Origin: an uncultured Poribacteria bacterium
GTDB lineage: Bacteria; Poribacteria; WGA-4E; WGA-3G
Length of the DNA stretch: 64,000 bases
Direction of reading: 5' to 3'
Assembly: GCA_951813565.1 (NCBI GenBank)
Contig: OX638351.1
Location: forward strand, 3,456,001 to 3,520,000
Shown: positions 19,200-29,162 of the stretch, in pieces
Layout: each line of letters starts with the position of its first letter
Position numbering within the stretch: position 1 is the stretch's first letter
Program-made: the position numbers and the translations under genes
The notes under the pieces: generated by a model
The model's database searches: none
What the model was told of the DNA's origin: nothing
The model's input: only the letters and a program-made list of their open reading frames with translations

Positions 19200-21230
19200 T
19201 TACTGCGGAACATCCCATAGTAGGACTGTGCTATCCCATCCTGCTGTGGCGAAAGTGTGTCCGTCAGGGGAATATTCAAAAAAATAGATGTTATCGAACC
19301 TATAACTTGACCAGTTACTATTTTTATGTCCAATGGCAGAAGTCCGAATAACCTCACAAGTATCTGCATCCCAAAACGATAATAATTCACCGTCCGAATC
19401 AATGCCCGCAATTGTGCGTCCATCTGGTGAATACGCCAGAAAATGTGTTTTTACTTCTGATGTGATGGTCTTGAACGGTTCATTACTGTCCATATTCCAA
19501 AACTGGATAATGCCATTTTTTTCCTTGATTACAAACTTCTCCCAATCAGGAGAATGAACAATAAGGTAGCCAGCGATGGTCTTGAACGGTTCATTACTGT
19601 CCATATTCCAAAACTGGGTAATGCCATTTTTTTCCTTGATTACAAACTTCTCCCAATCAGGAGAAAAAGCAATAGCGTAACCAGCGAAGGTTTTAATGGT
19701 ATCCCCAGTGGCAATGTCCCAAAAACGGATTCCCGCATCGTGTCCCGGATCGTGTGTACTCACAAGTGTTTGTCCGTCTGGTAAAAATGCCAAAGTTCTA
19801 ACATTCTCTTTCCATGTAAGTTCTTTTAGGCATTCGCCAGTAGCGACATCCCATATATTAATGCTACCGCTCTCGTCCCCACTTGCGAACGTTAATCCAT
19901 CAGGACTAAACGCCACTGTTGTAATAATATCCTTGTGCCCACTAAAAAAGCGTCCGTGCTCACCCGTTTCAGTATTCATAAGTCCAACTGCATAGTTTGC
20001 GTTTGTAACACCCCCATAGGCAAGAGTTATACCATCTGGCGAATAAGCAATATGATCGATGCTTCTTAGGGAATCTACAAAGAATGTCTTTTTCAACTTG
20101 CTGGTGTGAGTTTCCCATATCTGAATGATGGGACCAGCACTTACTGCCACAATTTTGTTTCCATCTGGGGAATACACAATATCACGAATCAGATCTGGGT
20201 ATCCTGTGAGGGTGCGTATCGGTGTAGTGGTCGCAACATCCCAAAAACGCATTGTACCACCTCCACCAGCACATACCATTGTACTTCCGTCTGGTGAAAA
20301 AACTATTTGATTGGGTGTATCTGGAGGATTTTTGATGGTTTTGAGACGTTCACCGGTAGCCACGTCCCAAAACCGAATCAAATCGTCTGCGTAATCGGTA
20401 CTGATCAAAGTTTTTCCATTCGGACTGAATACGACTGACCAGACACCTTTGGAATCTGTTGTATGTGTTAAGGTTGTCTTAGGGTTTCCGGTGTCGGTAT
20501 CCCATAATTGAATTGTCCCATCATCAATGCCACTTGCTAAAGTTGCACCATCAGGAGAATATGCAATGGAATTAATATCGGTTGTGTGTTCAGTGAGAGT
20601 CCGCAAGAATTCTCCGGTATGTGCATCCCACAAATAAATCATATCATCTCCGTCATGACTAACGAGAATTTTACCATCGGGTGAATACATCACATCGGAA
20701 ACGCCATCGGCATGTCCAGCAAAGGTAAGGCGAAGTTCACCTGTTGCTACATCCCACAACCGAATAGTTTCATCGTCGCTTCCGCTTGCAAGTGTTTTTC
20801 CATCGGGACCAAACGTTACAGAATTAACTTTGTCCTGATGTCCCGTAAGTGTCTTTCTATGTTCTCCGGTACGTGTATCCCATAATAGTATTGTGTTATT
20901 TTTTCCATTACTTGCCAGAAGTTTGCTATCTGGACTGAAAGCGACCGCCGAAACACTTTCCATGTGCTCTGTAAGCAAGTTGAGTTCTTCACCGGTGCGT
21001 CCATCATAAATCCAAATACCGATGGTGCCTCCTGCAGCAAATAAAGTGCCATCTGGGGAATATGCCATATCAAATATATGGCCTTTTCCCAAGCGCGCCT
21101 TAGCACCTTCAGGCAATTTCCACTTTGTAGAATCTTGAACAAGGTTATTTTGCATAGATGTTTTTCCTTTTGCTAATCCTTCGTTGCTACTTTTACCGTG
21201 GGCAGCATCCTGTCCAACACGATTTTTCAC
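19200..21230 (-). CDS. WD40 repeat protein, C-terminal part of a decayed sigma-WD40 fusion
   Basis: VKNRVGQDAAHGKSSNEGLAKGK linker is homologous to LQNRVGGTNRSKNSNNGLTKG. WD40 repeats follow. Confidence 0.88.
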   Translation of the reverse strand: MKNRVGQDAAHGKSSNEGLAKGKTSMQNNLVQDSTKWKLPEGAKARLGKGHIFDMAYSPDGTLFAAGGTIGIWIYDGRTGEELNLLTEHMESVSAVAFSPDSKLLASNGKNNTILLWDTRTGEHRKTLTGHQDKVNSVTFGPDGKTLASGSDDETIRLWDVATGELRLTFAGHADGVSDVMYSPDGKILVSHDGDDMIYLWDAHTGEFLRTLTEHTTDINSIAYSPDGATLASGIDDGTIQLWDTDTGNPKTTLTHTTDSKGVWSVVFSPNGKTLISTDYADDLIRFWDVATGERLKTIKNPPDTPNQIVFSPDGSTMVCAGGGGTMRFWDVATTTPIRTLTGYPDLIRDIVYSPDGNKIVAVSAGPIIQIWETHTSKLKKTFFVDSLRSIDHIAYSPDGITLAYGGVTNANYAVGLMNTETGEHGRFFSGHKDIITTVAFSPDGLTFASGDESGSINIWDVATGECLKELTWKENVRTLAFLPDGQTLVSTHDPGHDAGIRFWDIATGDTIKTFAGYAIAFSPDWEKFVIKEKNGITQFWNMDSNEPFKTIAGYLIVHSPDWEKFVIKEKNGIIQFWNMDSNEPFKTITSEVKTHFLAYSPDGRTIAGIDSDGELLSFWDADTCEVIRTSAIGHKNSNWSSYRFDNIYFFEYSPDGHTFATAGWDSTVLLWDVPQ
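19464..19665 (-). repeat. Near-identical 111-bp (37-aa) intragenic tandem duplication
   Basis: SPDWEKFVIKEKNGI.QFWNMDSNEPFKTI occurs twice, at 19464 and 19575. Confidence 0.9.
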
Positions 21231-21475
21231 GTCAGATTTTGAACAATTTCGCGGCGGCGCTCAACTTCCGCCTCTTCACGTTGTTCTGAAATATAACACG
21301 TATAAGCGGTTTCTTCTAATGTTTCCTGGCTTGTGGCTTCAAGCGATTGCGCTGCCTGTTTTTTCTTTCGCAGCAATGCAATGCATCGTCTATCAGCGAT
21401 CACATACAGCCACCCGGCAAATTGATTCGGTTTTTTTGGGTTTGCAGTTTTTTGTATACATGTAGGAAGGTTGCA
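21227..21475 (-). pseudogene. ECF sigma factor fragment with orphan -35 box
   Basis: KKPNQFAGWLYVIADRRC...EQREEAEVERRREIVQNL. TGCAACC remains at 21469-21475 but the -10 box and 5' coding part are gone. Out of frame with the downstream WD40 ORF. Confidence 0.85.
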
Positions 21476-21572
21476 TGATTGCCACAATTGAAACAAATTT
21501 GAGTTTTTTCAGAAAAATCCGTTTTATTTTCTTATGTGTATCCCTACAACTTTTTTCATGAACCTTAATCGC

Positions 21573-23621
21573 CTATATATAAGGTGTGAGATCCCAAAGG
21601 AGGATAGTACCATCATAACTTGTACTGGCTAAAAGTTTGTTGTCTGGAGAGAAGGCGAGTGCATGTACATCTGTTGGGTGTCCCCAAAAGGTAACAATGT
21701 GCTTTCCTGTCTCAACTTCCCACAAACAGATTCGCATCTTCTGCATGCCTTCTTTCCACCATGCCCCTGCGGCAAAATAGTTCTCACACGAAGAAAATGT
21801 CTTAGCATGCATACCTTCGTATTTTCGTGGAAGCGACAACCTTGCTCCAATTTCATCCACTGTTAAGTCATAGAAGATTTTTTTATCCTTGCAGAGTTTA
21901 CGGTGGGTGATGTCCCAAATTAGAATTTCTTCTATTCCAAAGCAAACAAGGTACTGTCCACACGGTGAAAATCTGAATCCTGTGACACTATCACTTGGAA
22001 ACGTATCTATTTCTTCACCAAGTTCCATGTCCCACAGTCGGACATTTCGATATTTTGATTCACTTGCGAGTAATTTTCCATTATAACTGAATTCCAACTC
22101 TCTAATTGAGTCACCATCATCTTCATCATCGTCGTCATCACTTAGCTCAAGGGGATGTGTCAATTCATAAAGTTTCTTTCCATTCTGTACATCCCACACT
22201 TGTATGTTGCCATCTGCACCAGCATAAGCAAATAGTGTGCCTGTCGGTGTCAAGGTAGGAAAAGCACTCCAGTATTCACGTCCAGTCCCTTCAATAAGAG
22301 GGATACCATTCCCATCAGCTTCCCAAAGTGCGACGTTGTTTTCTTTGATACTGGCAACATAGAGTTTTCCGCTCTCGGTTTTATATACGAACTGATTTTT
22401 GCCTGCCGATGCCTCTTTAATTGCTGGACGCGAATGTTTACTTTCAATATCCCACAACACAACACCCTCATGATGATGCTGAACAGCTAACGTTTTTCCA
22501 TCCTGCGAGAATACAGCCGATGTCGGAAATGAGATAGGCGAATGTGTGAACTGACGTTTGATAGGATTATCAGCAGTCCATACGTTGATGAATTCATGTC
22601 TGCATTCATAAGCAAGTTGCGAACCGTTTGAAAATACGACGGTGTTGCCCCAATCACCTACACCAGAGAATTGGACAGTATTGCCCCAAAATTGATCGTT
22701 ATAAAGTTGCTCCCCACTTTCAAGGTCACGGACAGAGATTGTGGCGGGACCGGTATCGTCATAATGGACTATCGCTGCGCGTAGAATTCCATCTGGTGTC
22801 CAAGAAGGCATAATGCGATATACATCACCATAATCTGTATATGTCTGAGTTTTTTGCCACGTATTAACATCCCAGACGTATACGGTGCCATCTTCGTCGC
22901 CGGAGACAAGGAACTTCCCACACGGTGAAAAGCAAAGAGTAGTTACCCAACGGGTATGTGCTGATAGACACGAAATTTGTTCACCACTTTGCATATCCCA
23001 TACGACCACCGACTTCGCATCGTTAGCATCAGTGGGAATACCTGTAGACGCTATCAGTTGAGTATCAGGTGAAAAACTGATAGGGCGGTAGAAACCTGCT
23101 TTTTCAATGTCTGAAGTGAATTTTGACAACGGTTCGCAGGTTTCCGCATACCAGATTTCAACGGTAGAAGAATTTGCATAGGCAGCTGCAATATATTGAT
23201 TATCAGGTGAAAAAGTCAACCCTAAAATATAATCATCTATTTCTACTTGTGTTAAGCACGCGCCATTTTGGATGTCCAATACCTTTAGAATTTTGTCTGA
23301 ATTGCTGGCTGCAATGCATTTTCCGTTAGGTGAAATGGCAACGTGAAATACCATACCGCGTTCCGTCTCCCATAGCGCGATAGGAGATAGCGTCTCCAAG
23401 TCATATACCCAAAGACCTAATGAGTTCCCTATTGAGATATATTGCCCATCTGGTGAGAAAGCAATATCCGGTTCACGTCCGCGCCCTAATCTTGCGATAG
23501 CACCTTCGGGGAGTGTCCAAGTCGCAACGTCGCTGCTATCTACAGCATCGCGCCCAGAAATCAAATGAGTTCTGTTTTCCATTATAAATTCTCGCTTGTA
23601 ATGAGTAGCGTCTGAGAGCAT
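21573..23621 (-). CDS. Cytoplasmic WD40 repeat protein, divergent subfamily (likely start ~23582)
   Basis: WTLPEGAIARLGRG motif, FSPCG-type repeats, acidic loop DDDDDEDDGD. Confidence 0.9.
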   Translation of the reverse strand: MLSDATHYKREFIMENRTHLISGRDAVDSSDVATWTLPEGAIARLGRGREPDIAFSPDGQYISIGNSLGLWVYDLETLSPIALWETERGMVFHVAISPNGKCIAASNSDKILKVLDIQNGACLTQVEIDDYILGLTFSPDNQYIAAAYANSSTVEIWYAETCEPLSKFTSDIEKAGFYRPISFSPDTQLIASTGIPTDANDAKSVVVWDMQSGEQISCLSAHTRWVTTLCFSPCGKFLVSGDEDGTVYVWDVNTWQKTQTYTDYGDVYRIMPSWTPDGILRAAIVHYDDTGPATISVRDLESGEQLYNDQFWGNTVQFSGVGDWGNTVVFSNGSQLAYECRHEFINVWTADNPIKRQFTHSPISFPTSAVFSQDGKTLAVQHHHEGVVLWDIESKHSRPAIKEASAGKNQFVYKTESGKLYVASIKENNVALWEADGNGIPLIEGTGREYWSAFPTLTPTGTLFAYAGADGNIQVWDVQNGKKLYELTHPLELSDDDDDEDDGDSIRELEFSYNGKLLASESKYRNVRLWDMELGEEIDTFPSDSVTGFRFSPCGQYLVCFGIEEILIWDITHRKLCKDKKIFYDLTVDEIGARLSLPRKYEGMHAKTFSSCENYFAAGAWWKEGMQKMRICLWEVETGKHIVTFWGHPTDVHALAFSPDNKLLASTSYDGTILLWDLTPYI

Positions 23622-23723
23622 ATTTTAGGAAGTACGCGCTAACACAGCTTTGTATATGAAGTTATACCATCTCTAATAGATTATATTGCATTATTTCGTA
23701 GGTTGGGTTTCGCACGCTCTATC

Positions 23724-23941
23724 CATAGGTGTCAATTTAAGCACATAATTACCAGATTGTCTCTTGTGGGAGTGAATCAACGCCAAATGCGCTTTTTGGC
23801 AGCATGCCATACGGGGAATGCCAAAGGGCATTCATACCCGGTTAATGACTAAATGTCATTCATACCGTTGATTTCTTGATTTGGCGCATGCTGCGTTGAT
23901 TCACTCCTACAAGAAAATCTATCCTTAAGTTGACGCCTATG
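23724..23941. mobile_element. MITE family C (18-bp TIR CATAGGYGTCAAYTTAAG) inserted in a REP and loaded with nested hairpin units
   Basis: TIRs match at 16/18. Flanked by degenerate 18-bp direct repeats. A lone matching end lies at ~62647-62664. Confidence 0.75.
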
Positions 23942-24009
23942 GGTGTAGCACGCTCTACCCGACCTACAAGTTATTATGATACTTTGTCAATTAGATATGG
24001 TATTAGTTC

Positions 24010-24035
24010 GCGCGCATATAAGGGAATATGCGCGC
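24010..24035. terminator. Hairpin downstream of the glycan cluster
   Basis: gcgcgcatat-aaggga-atatgcgcgc perfect stem. Confidence 0.4.
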
Positions 24036-24121
24036 TTATATAAAACAATGAAAGTTTAGGAAATACAAGCGCCTGCTGGTAAATAGGCGCACATAGTAAG
24101 AATCAAAATTGAATCAGGCAC

Positions 24122-25135
24122 TCAGGCATGTGCCGGAATCTGCTTATTGGATGAAGAAACAGGTTCGTCTAAGCGCTGCTCACCACCGATTAACTCGCGA
24201 CAAACATCAGCAATATGACGCGCAGCACAACCGTTTTGCACAGGTGTCAATTGCCTAAGTTCATCCATATCCAGCACAGAATAGACCTCTTTGCCAAGTG
24301 CTAATCCGACGTAGATTGTTGATGAATAACTCGTAATCAACGCCTCAGAATTCGCTATCATTTCTTCAGCACTGCCGGAGGTGTAGACGAGGGCATCAGG
24401 CGCCAATTTTTTGATTTCGGCGGTGCGCCGTTCAAACTTTTCGTTAGGATGTAGTTTGAAAATCAATTGCCGTCTGTTGGCAATTTCAAGCGCTTTTTTG
24501 ATGAACTTTTTCCGATTTTCGTAACGGAATTTTTCGCGAAGATCAGAGGTACAAACCAGAACATACCCTTTATGTGGAAAATCGTTATCGCAGTATTTTT
24601 GACAATTGTCAAAATTTGGTATACCGGTTACACGAATTTTTTCGGGTTTAACACCTTTACGGATGAACAACTCGCGATAACCTTCGCCAGCAACGCAGTA
24701 ATAGTCAAAGTTGTTGCTTATACCATTGGCTGAAGTACCAGCAAACCATTTTGGAAGGAATTTGAATGTTTTTACAAGATGGAAGGCAAATTTTTCTGGA
24801 TCTGTGATGCCTTCTTGCACAACAATACGTTTTTTGTCTTTTATATTTTTTTGCACTACGAGATCGCTACAGGTAACAATCAAATCATAATCACGCTGCG
24901 TGCCGCCGTAGTCAATAGGAAGTTTTTGTGCCTCAAGGTAACGGTGGCATTCCCCAGCACGTTTTTCACCGATAATTGTAAATTCTACAAGTTTTAGCTT
25001 ATTAAGAAATTTGATGAATCCGTCTGCATAAAACGGCGTGAAAAACTTTTCATATTCAGGTAACTCTTGAGCGATTTGTTGCATCTGCGTTGTAATATTC
25101 ATAGAACCGCATATAAACAGAATCTTCTTTTTCAT
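24122..25135 (-). CDS. Putative GT-B fold glycosyltransferase (candidate nonulosonate transferase)
   Basis: VQEG, VTGIPNFD, FKLHPNE and YSSTIYVGLALGK motifs. Lies next to the neu cluster. Confidence 0.55.
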   Translation of the reverse strand: MKKKILFICGSMNITTQMQQIAQELPEYEKFFTPFYADGFIKFLNKLKLVEFTIIGEKRAGECHRYLEAQKLPIDYGGTQRDYDLIVTCSDLVVQKNIKDKKRIVVQEGITDPEKFAFHLVKTFKFLPKWFAGTSANGISNNFDYYCVAGEGYRELFIRKGVKPEKIRVTGIPNFDNCQKYCDNDFPHKGYVLVCTSDLREKFRYENRKKFIKKALEIANRRQLIFKLHPNEKFERRTAEIKKLAPDALVYTSGSAEEMIANSEALITSYSSTIYVGLALGKEVYSVLDMDELRQLTPVQNGCAARHIADVCRELIGGEQRLDEPVSSSNKQIPAHA

Positions 25136-25482
25136 CAGAAATCACCTTTTCATGTTATTGCAGTAGAATTAATTTCATTATTAAGGAAAACCTGCAGAAT
25201 CAAGACATCAATTACAAATTGATATTATCAAGAAATGTTTGCAGGCATATTCTAAAAATGCGCGCTCGTTTTAAGACACATTATACCAAATTAACAAAAA
25301 ATTGCTATAGGTTTTTCTTATATTTTTTGTTTCAATTTATCTGCACAGAGATGTGCGAGGAATTCAATGACCGTATGTATTTACGAATAGATAATATGAT
25401 ATAAAGTTCCAATATATTTAGTATTGGAACGCAAAAATGGGGAGAAAGTTAACGCGAAATTCTTTACAAATAAATTATTACA

Positions 25483-26025
25483 CTACATAGCGACGAACCA
25501 AATTCCTATCTCAGCTGTGCAAATTCCAAGCAATGCACCTGCAAGAACATCAGTAGGATAGTGTACTCCAAGATATACACGTGCTACACCGACCATCGCC
25601 GCCCACACAAACGTTCCAATTTGTAATGCGGGAATATGAAAGAAACTTGATAGCAGTGTCATCACAAGAAACGCTGAGGCCGTGTGTCCAGATGGAAAAC
25701 TAAACTTATCCGGGGGTCGAACACGAAAGTGAACATCATCAATTTTCTCAAAGGGGCGGTCCCGTTTCATTGACTGTTTAAGAAAATGATAAAGTATCCT
25801 TTCTATTGGGAATGCAACAGCCGCTGACAAAAAAAAAGGGTTGCTAAATGTCCCATCAAAGGCACGAAAAACGTAAATCGCAATAAATGGATAAAGATAC
25901 CCGTTAGCACTCCAAGAAATAAAACGGAAGGAACGGTTGAGAAACCGCCTATCGCCCCAGCCAAAGATGCGGTGGAATAATAAAGTATCCCATCGGGTTA
26001 CATTATTGGTAATTTCTCTTAGCAT
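25483..26025 (-). CDS. PAP2-family membrane phosphatase
   Basis: K...RDRP, SFPSGH and ARVYLGVHYPTD motifs. Confidence 0.92.
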   Translation of the reverse strand: MLREITNNVTRWDTLLFHRIFGWGDRRFLNRSFRFISWSANGYLYPFIAIYVFRAFDGTFSNPFFLSAAVAFPIERILYHFLKQSMKRDRPFEKIDDVHFRVRPPDKFSFPSGHTASAFLVMTLLSSFFHIPALQIGTFVWAAMVGVARVYLGVHYPTDVLAGALLGICTAEIGIWFVAM

Positions 26026-26097
26026 AAGTAAATTAATTGGTATATGCGCAGATAAGAACGCATATTACATTTCAATCCTTTCAACCGACAAATATCG

Positions 26098-26982
26098 TTA
26101 GGACGTTAATGTATCTTTCCTTCTTAATCTTTCCATTGCGGTTTTTTCACCCGGATAAACCCGTTTGACACCGTCACCAAGAGAGGATTCAACGGTACGG
26201 ATGTATTTGACTAATCTATCAAAGCCTTGGGGTTCAACTGATGCAGCTTGATCACTACCCCACATTGCCCGATCCAATGTGATGTGGCGTTCAACAAAAC
26301 ACGCGTTTAGTGTTACCGCTGCAATAGTAGTTGGCAGACCTACTTCATGCCCTGAATAACCTATTGGACAGTCGAACATATTAGAAAGGGTGGTAATTGT
26401 ACGTAAATTTAATTGGTCTGGGGGGCATGGGTATGTGCCGTTGCAATGCAAGAGAATTAGGTCAGCCTCTCCAATAAGTTCAACTGCTGCTTTGATTTGG
26501 TCAAGCGTAGACATCCCTGTAGACAAAATCAGTAGACGGTCCGTTGCGCGATGATATTTCAACAATTCAGCATCTGTCAACGCCGCCGATGGTATTTTAT
26601 AGCAAGGTGGGTTGAATTGCTCAATAAAATCAACAGAAGGTTCGTCCCAACAAGAAGCGAACCACGTTATGCCTTTGGAACGGCAATAGTCATCAATCTC
26701 AGTAAATTCATCAATACCAAATTCTACTTTGTAGCGGTACTCCATATAACTGATATATCCCCACGGAGTCCTACGCATTTGATCCCGTTGTTCTGCAGGC
26801 ACACATATCTCTGGTGTCCGTTTTTGAAACTTGACCGCATCACACCCCGACTTGATAGCAGCATCTATTAAGGACTTTGCAATATCAATGTCCCCATTGT
26901 GATTGATTCCAATTTCGGCTACAATATAAACAGGTTGTCTTGTTCCGGCAAGTTTTTCTCCGATCTGAACAACTTTTGGCAT
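26098..26982 (-). CDS. neuB: NeuB-family nonulosonate synthase, short form without the C-terminal AFP-like domain
   Basis: AEIGINHNGD, DAVKFQKR, GYSGHE, VERHITLDR. ATG 26982 has an AAGGAG RBS. Confidence 0.9.
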   Translation of the reverse strand: MPKVVQIGEKLAGTRQPVYIVAEIGINHNGDIDIAKSLIDAAIKSGCDAVKFQKRTPEICVPAEQRDQMRRTPWGYISYMEYRYKVEFGIDEFTEIDDYCRSKGITWFASCWDEPSVDFIEQFNPPCYKIPSAALTDAELLKYHRATDRLLILSTGMSTLDQIKAAVELIGEADLILLHCNGTYPCPPDQLNLRTITTLSNMFDCPIGYSGHEVGLPTTIAAVTLNACFVERHITLDRAMWGSDQAASVEPQGFDRLVKYIRTVESSLGDGVKRVYPGEKTAMERLRRKDTLTS

Positions 26983-27038
26983 TTTTCTCCTTTTCCTGTT
27001 TCTCTTATTTCTGGTGCGTTTCAAGAAACCGTGGACAG

Positions 27039-28313
27039 TTACACAGCTTTTAACACGTGATCACAAAATTCTCGAACCGCTCCATGACCACCGCGATGGG
27101 TAAGAACGATATCTGCTGCATCAAGCACAGACGGATGTGCATCGGCAACTGCGATACCACACCCAACCATACAGATACATTCCAAGTCATTCACATCGTT
27201 GCCGATGTAAACAACATCACCCATATCTGCACCATATTGTTTTGTCAGCCTCAATAGTGCAGAACGTTTATCGTCAATACCTTGATCACACGGAAGATTA
27301 AGTTTTTTACAACGTGCAGCAACAACAGGGTTTCGTTCAGTGGAAAGGACAATAACCTGTACACCGGACTTTCGTAGCATAGATAATCCCATTCCATCAC
27401 TTCTATTACAAGCAACAGATTCTTCACCTGATTCTGATACCCAAACTCGATTGTCGGTTAACACACCGTCAAAATCCAGCACAACTAAGGCTGGTTTAGA
27501 CGGAATTGTGTTTTTTAGATTGTTTGTTATATGTTTGTTTCGGACATCTTTTTTTGGGATGTCTATATCAAGATTGTCGCGCGATAATTTCCACTCTGCG
27601 TGTTCCCAGTCTTCAAGGGTATCAATATCGGTGCAGTATTTCGGTTCAATTATTAACGGTAGCACGCGTTCACCTGTGAGCGAGTTTTTTTGAATAATAG
27701 TTTCGTGGCGAATCACGTCAAGATGTCCAGTCTGCCAAAAGGTTTTTGGTAATTTCTGGCGCGGCATGTTGTATGGTTCGGGAAATTCATCGCCTAATAG
27801 TGGAATGAGATATTTTTCACCTGTCCGCCACATTTTGTAGGGATTCTGCTGAGACGGTATTACAGTCCGAACACAATCAGCTTGATTGTCCTCCGAAAGC
27901 AATTTAACCGCCGCATCAATCGAACCTTTCGGGCGCAGCGGGGATGTAGGACGCAGTTGAACAATCATTTGTGGCACATAGTTTTCATTACTTTTAAGCC
28001 ATGTGAGCGCATGTTCAAAGAGCGGAAAATCTTGCGCGTCGTCAGTTGCCAACTCATCAGGACGCATAAACGGGACTTCTGCTCCATAGACTCGCGCAAC
28101 TTCAGCGATTTCCTCGTCATCAGTAGAAATAATAAGCCGTGTGACTGATGCAGAGGCAAGTGCAGAAGCGATGCTATAAGCGATCAACGGGTGTCCGCCA
28201 AGGTTTCGTATGTTTTTGCCCGGAATACCTTTTGAACCACCTCGCGCTTGAACAACCGCTAAGGCCTCCAACTTTTTAGAATTCGCAGATGGGTTTGGCT
28301 TTTGATCTACCAT
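27039..28313 (-). CDS. neuA: CMP-nonulosonate synthetase fused to a KdsC-like HAD phosphatase
   Basis: ARGGSKGIPGKN, LRPTSPLR and DIDT in the N-terminal domain. LDFDGVLTD and GNDVND in the C-terminal domain. Confidence 0.9.
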   Translation of the reverse strand: MVDQKPNPSANSKKLEALAVVQARGGSKGIPGKNIRNLGGHPLIAYSIASALASASVTRLIISTDDEEIAEVARVYGAEVPFMRPDELATDDAQDFPLFEHALTWLKSNENYVPQMIVQLRPTSPLRPKGSIDAAVKLLSEDNQADCVRTVIPSQQNPYKMWRTGEKYLIPLLGDEFPEPYNMPRQKLPKTFWQTGHLDVIRHETIIQKNSLTGERVLPLIIEPKYCTDIDTLEDWEHAEWKLSRDNLDIDIPKKDVRNKHITNNLKNTIPSKPALVVLDFDGVLTDNRVWVSESGEESVACNRSDGMGLSMLRKSGVQVIVLSTERNPVVAARCKKLNLPCDQGIDDKRSALLRLTKQYGADMGDVVYIGNDVNDLECICMVGCGIAVADAHPSVLDAADIVLTHRGGHGAVREFCDHVLKAV

Positions 28314-29131
28314 GCTGTCCAACCCCCATCAACCACGAGATTTGCGCCTGTCATATACGACGCTGCGTCAGAAGCAACAAATAAGAGCGCACCGCAGTAT
28401 TCCGATTTTTCTGCCATACGTCCCAACGGCGTGCGGTAACTATACCGTCTTACAAATTCGTCATCGTGTTCATTAAATACACCGCCAAGTGTCAAGGCGT
28501 TGACTCGTATGTTTTTGCCTGCCCAGTACGTTGCGAGATAGCGTGTTAAACCGAGCACAGCACTCTTTGTAACCGAGTAAGTTATAGGTTTATAAGTCCG
28601 CTGTTGTGTCGGATCATCTTTCTCATAGAGCCTCTGATCGGGCCCAACCACTCCATAAGTTGAGCAGATATTGATAATAACACCGCTTTTCTGTTCAAGC
28701 ATCGGTCGAGCAACAGCCTGCGAGCAGAGGAACATACCTGTCAAATCAACTGCTACGCTTTCATTCCAGAGTTCTAATGGATAATCTTCAAACGTATTTG
28801 TATGTTCAGACGCATGTTCGGTATCAAATTTTGGATCAAGCGCAGCATTGTTAACAAGGATATCAATTCTGCCAAATTCGTCAAGGGTTCGAGTAACCAT
28901 TGCTTGAACAGACATCTTATCGGTGACATCAGTTTCAACGCCGATTGCCTTTGGGTGTTTTTTACTACTGATTTGGTGTGCGTAATCCTTCGCAGCACCG
29001 CCCCGCAAATCTGCAACCACTACATGGACAGAGGCTTCAGCAAAGGCACGGCAATATTCTTTCCCCAGCATACCAGCACCACCTGTTACGATAGCCACCT
29101 TTCCAGCTAAATCAAACAAATCTTCCTTCAT
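28307..29131 (-). CDS. SDR-family oxidoreductase
   Basis: TGGAGMLG, NNAA, YSVTK, DGG motifs. Confidence 0.92.
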   Translation of the reverse strand: MKEDLFDLAGKVAIVTGGAGMLGKEYCRAFAEASVHVVVADLRGGAAKDYAHQISSKKHPKAIGVETDVTDKMSVQAMVTRTLDEFGRIDILVNNAALDPKFDTEHASEHTNTFEDYPLELWNESVAVDLTGMFLCSQAVARPMLEQKSGVIINICSTYGVVGPDQRLYEKDDPTQQRTYKPITYSVTKSAVLGLTRYLATYWAGKNIRVNALTLGGVFNEHDDEFVRRYSYRTPLGRMAEKSEYCGALLFVASDAASYMTGANLVVDGGWTAW

Positions 29132-29162
29132 CCGAAAACCCTTGTATAGTCGAATACCATCA

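Noticed and set aside
16..22813. Many plus-strand ORFs rich in PSGLNA/PSGEKT
   Set aside because: They are antisense shadows of the FSPDG WD40 repeats and lack independent coding signals.
26983..27024. Basic N-terminal extension of NeuB (MKRTRNKRNRKRRK)
   Set aside because: It arises from a TTG start in purine-rich intergenic DNA. The RBS supports ATG 26982.
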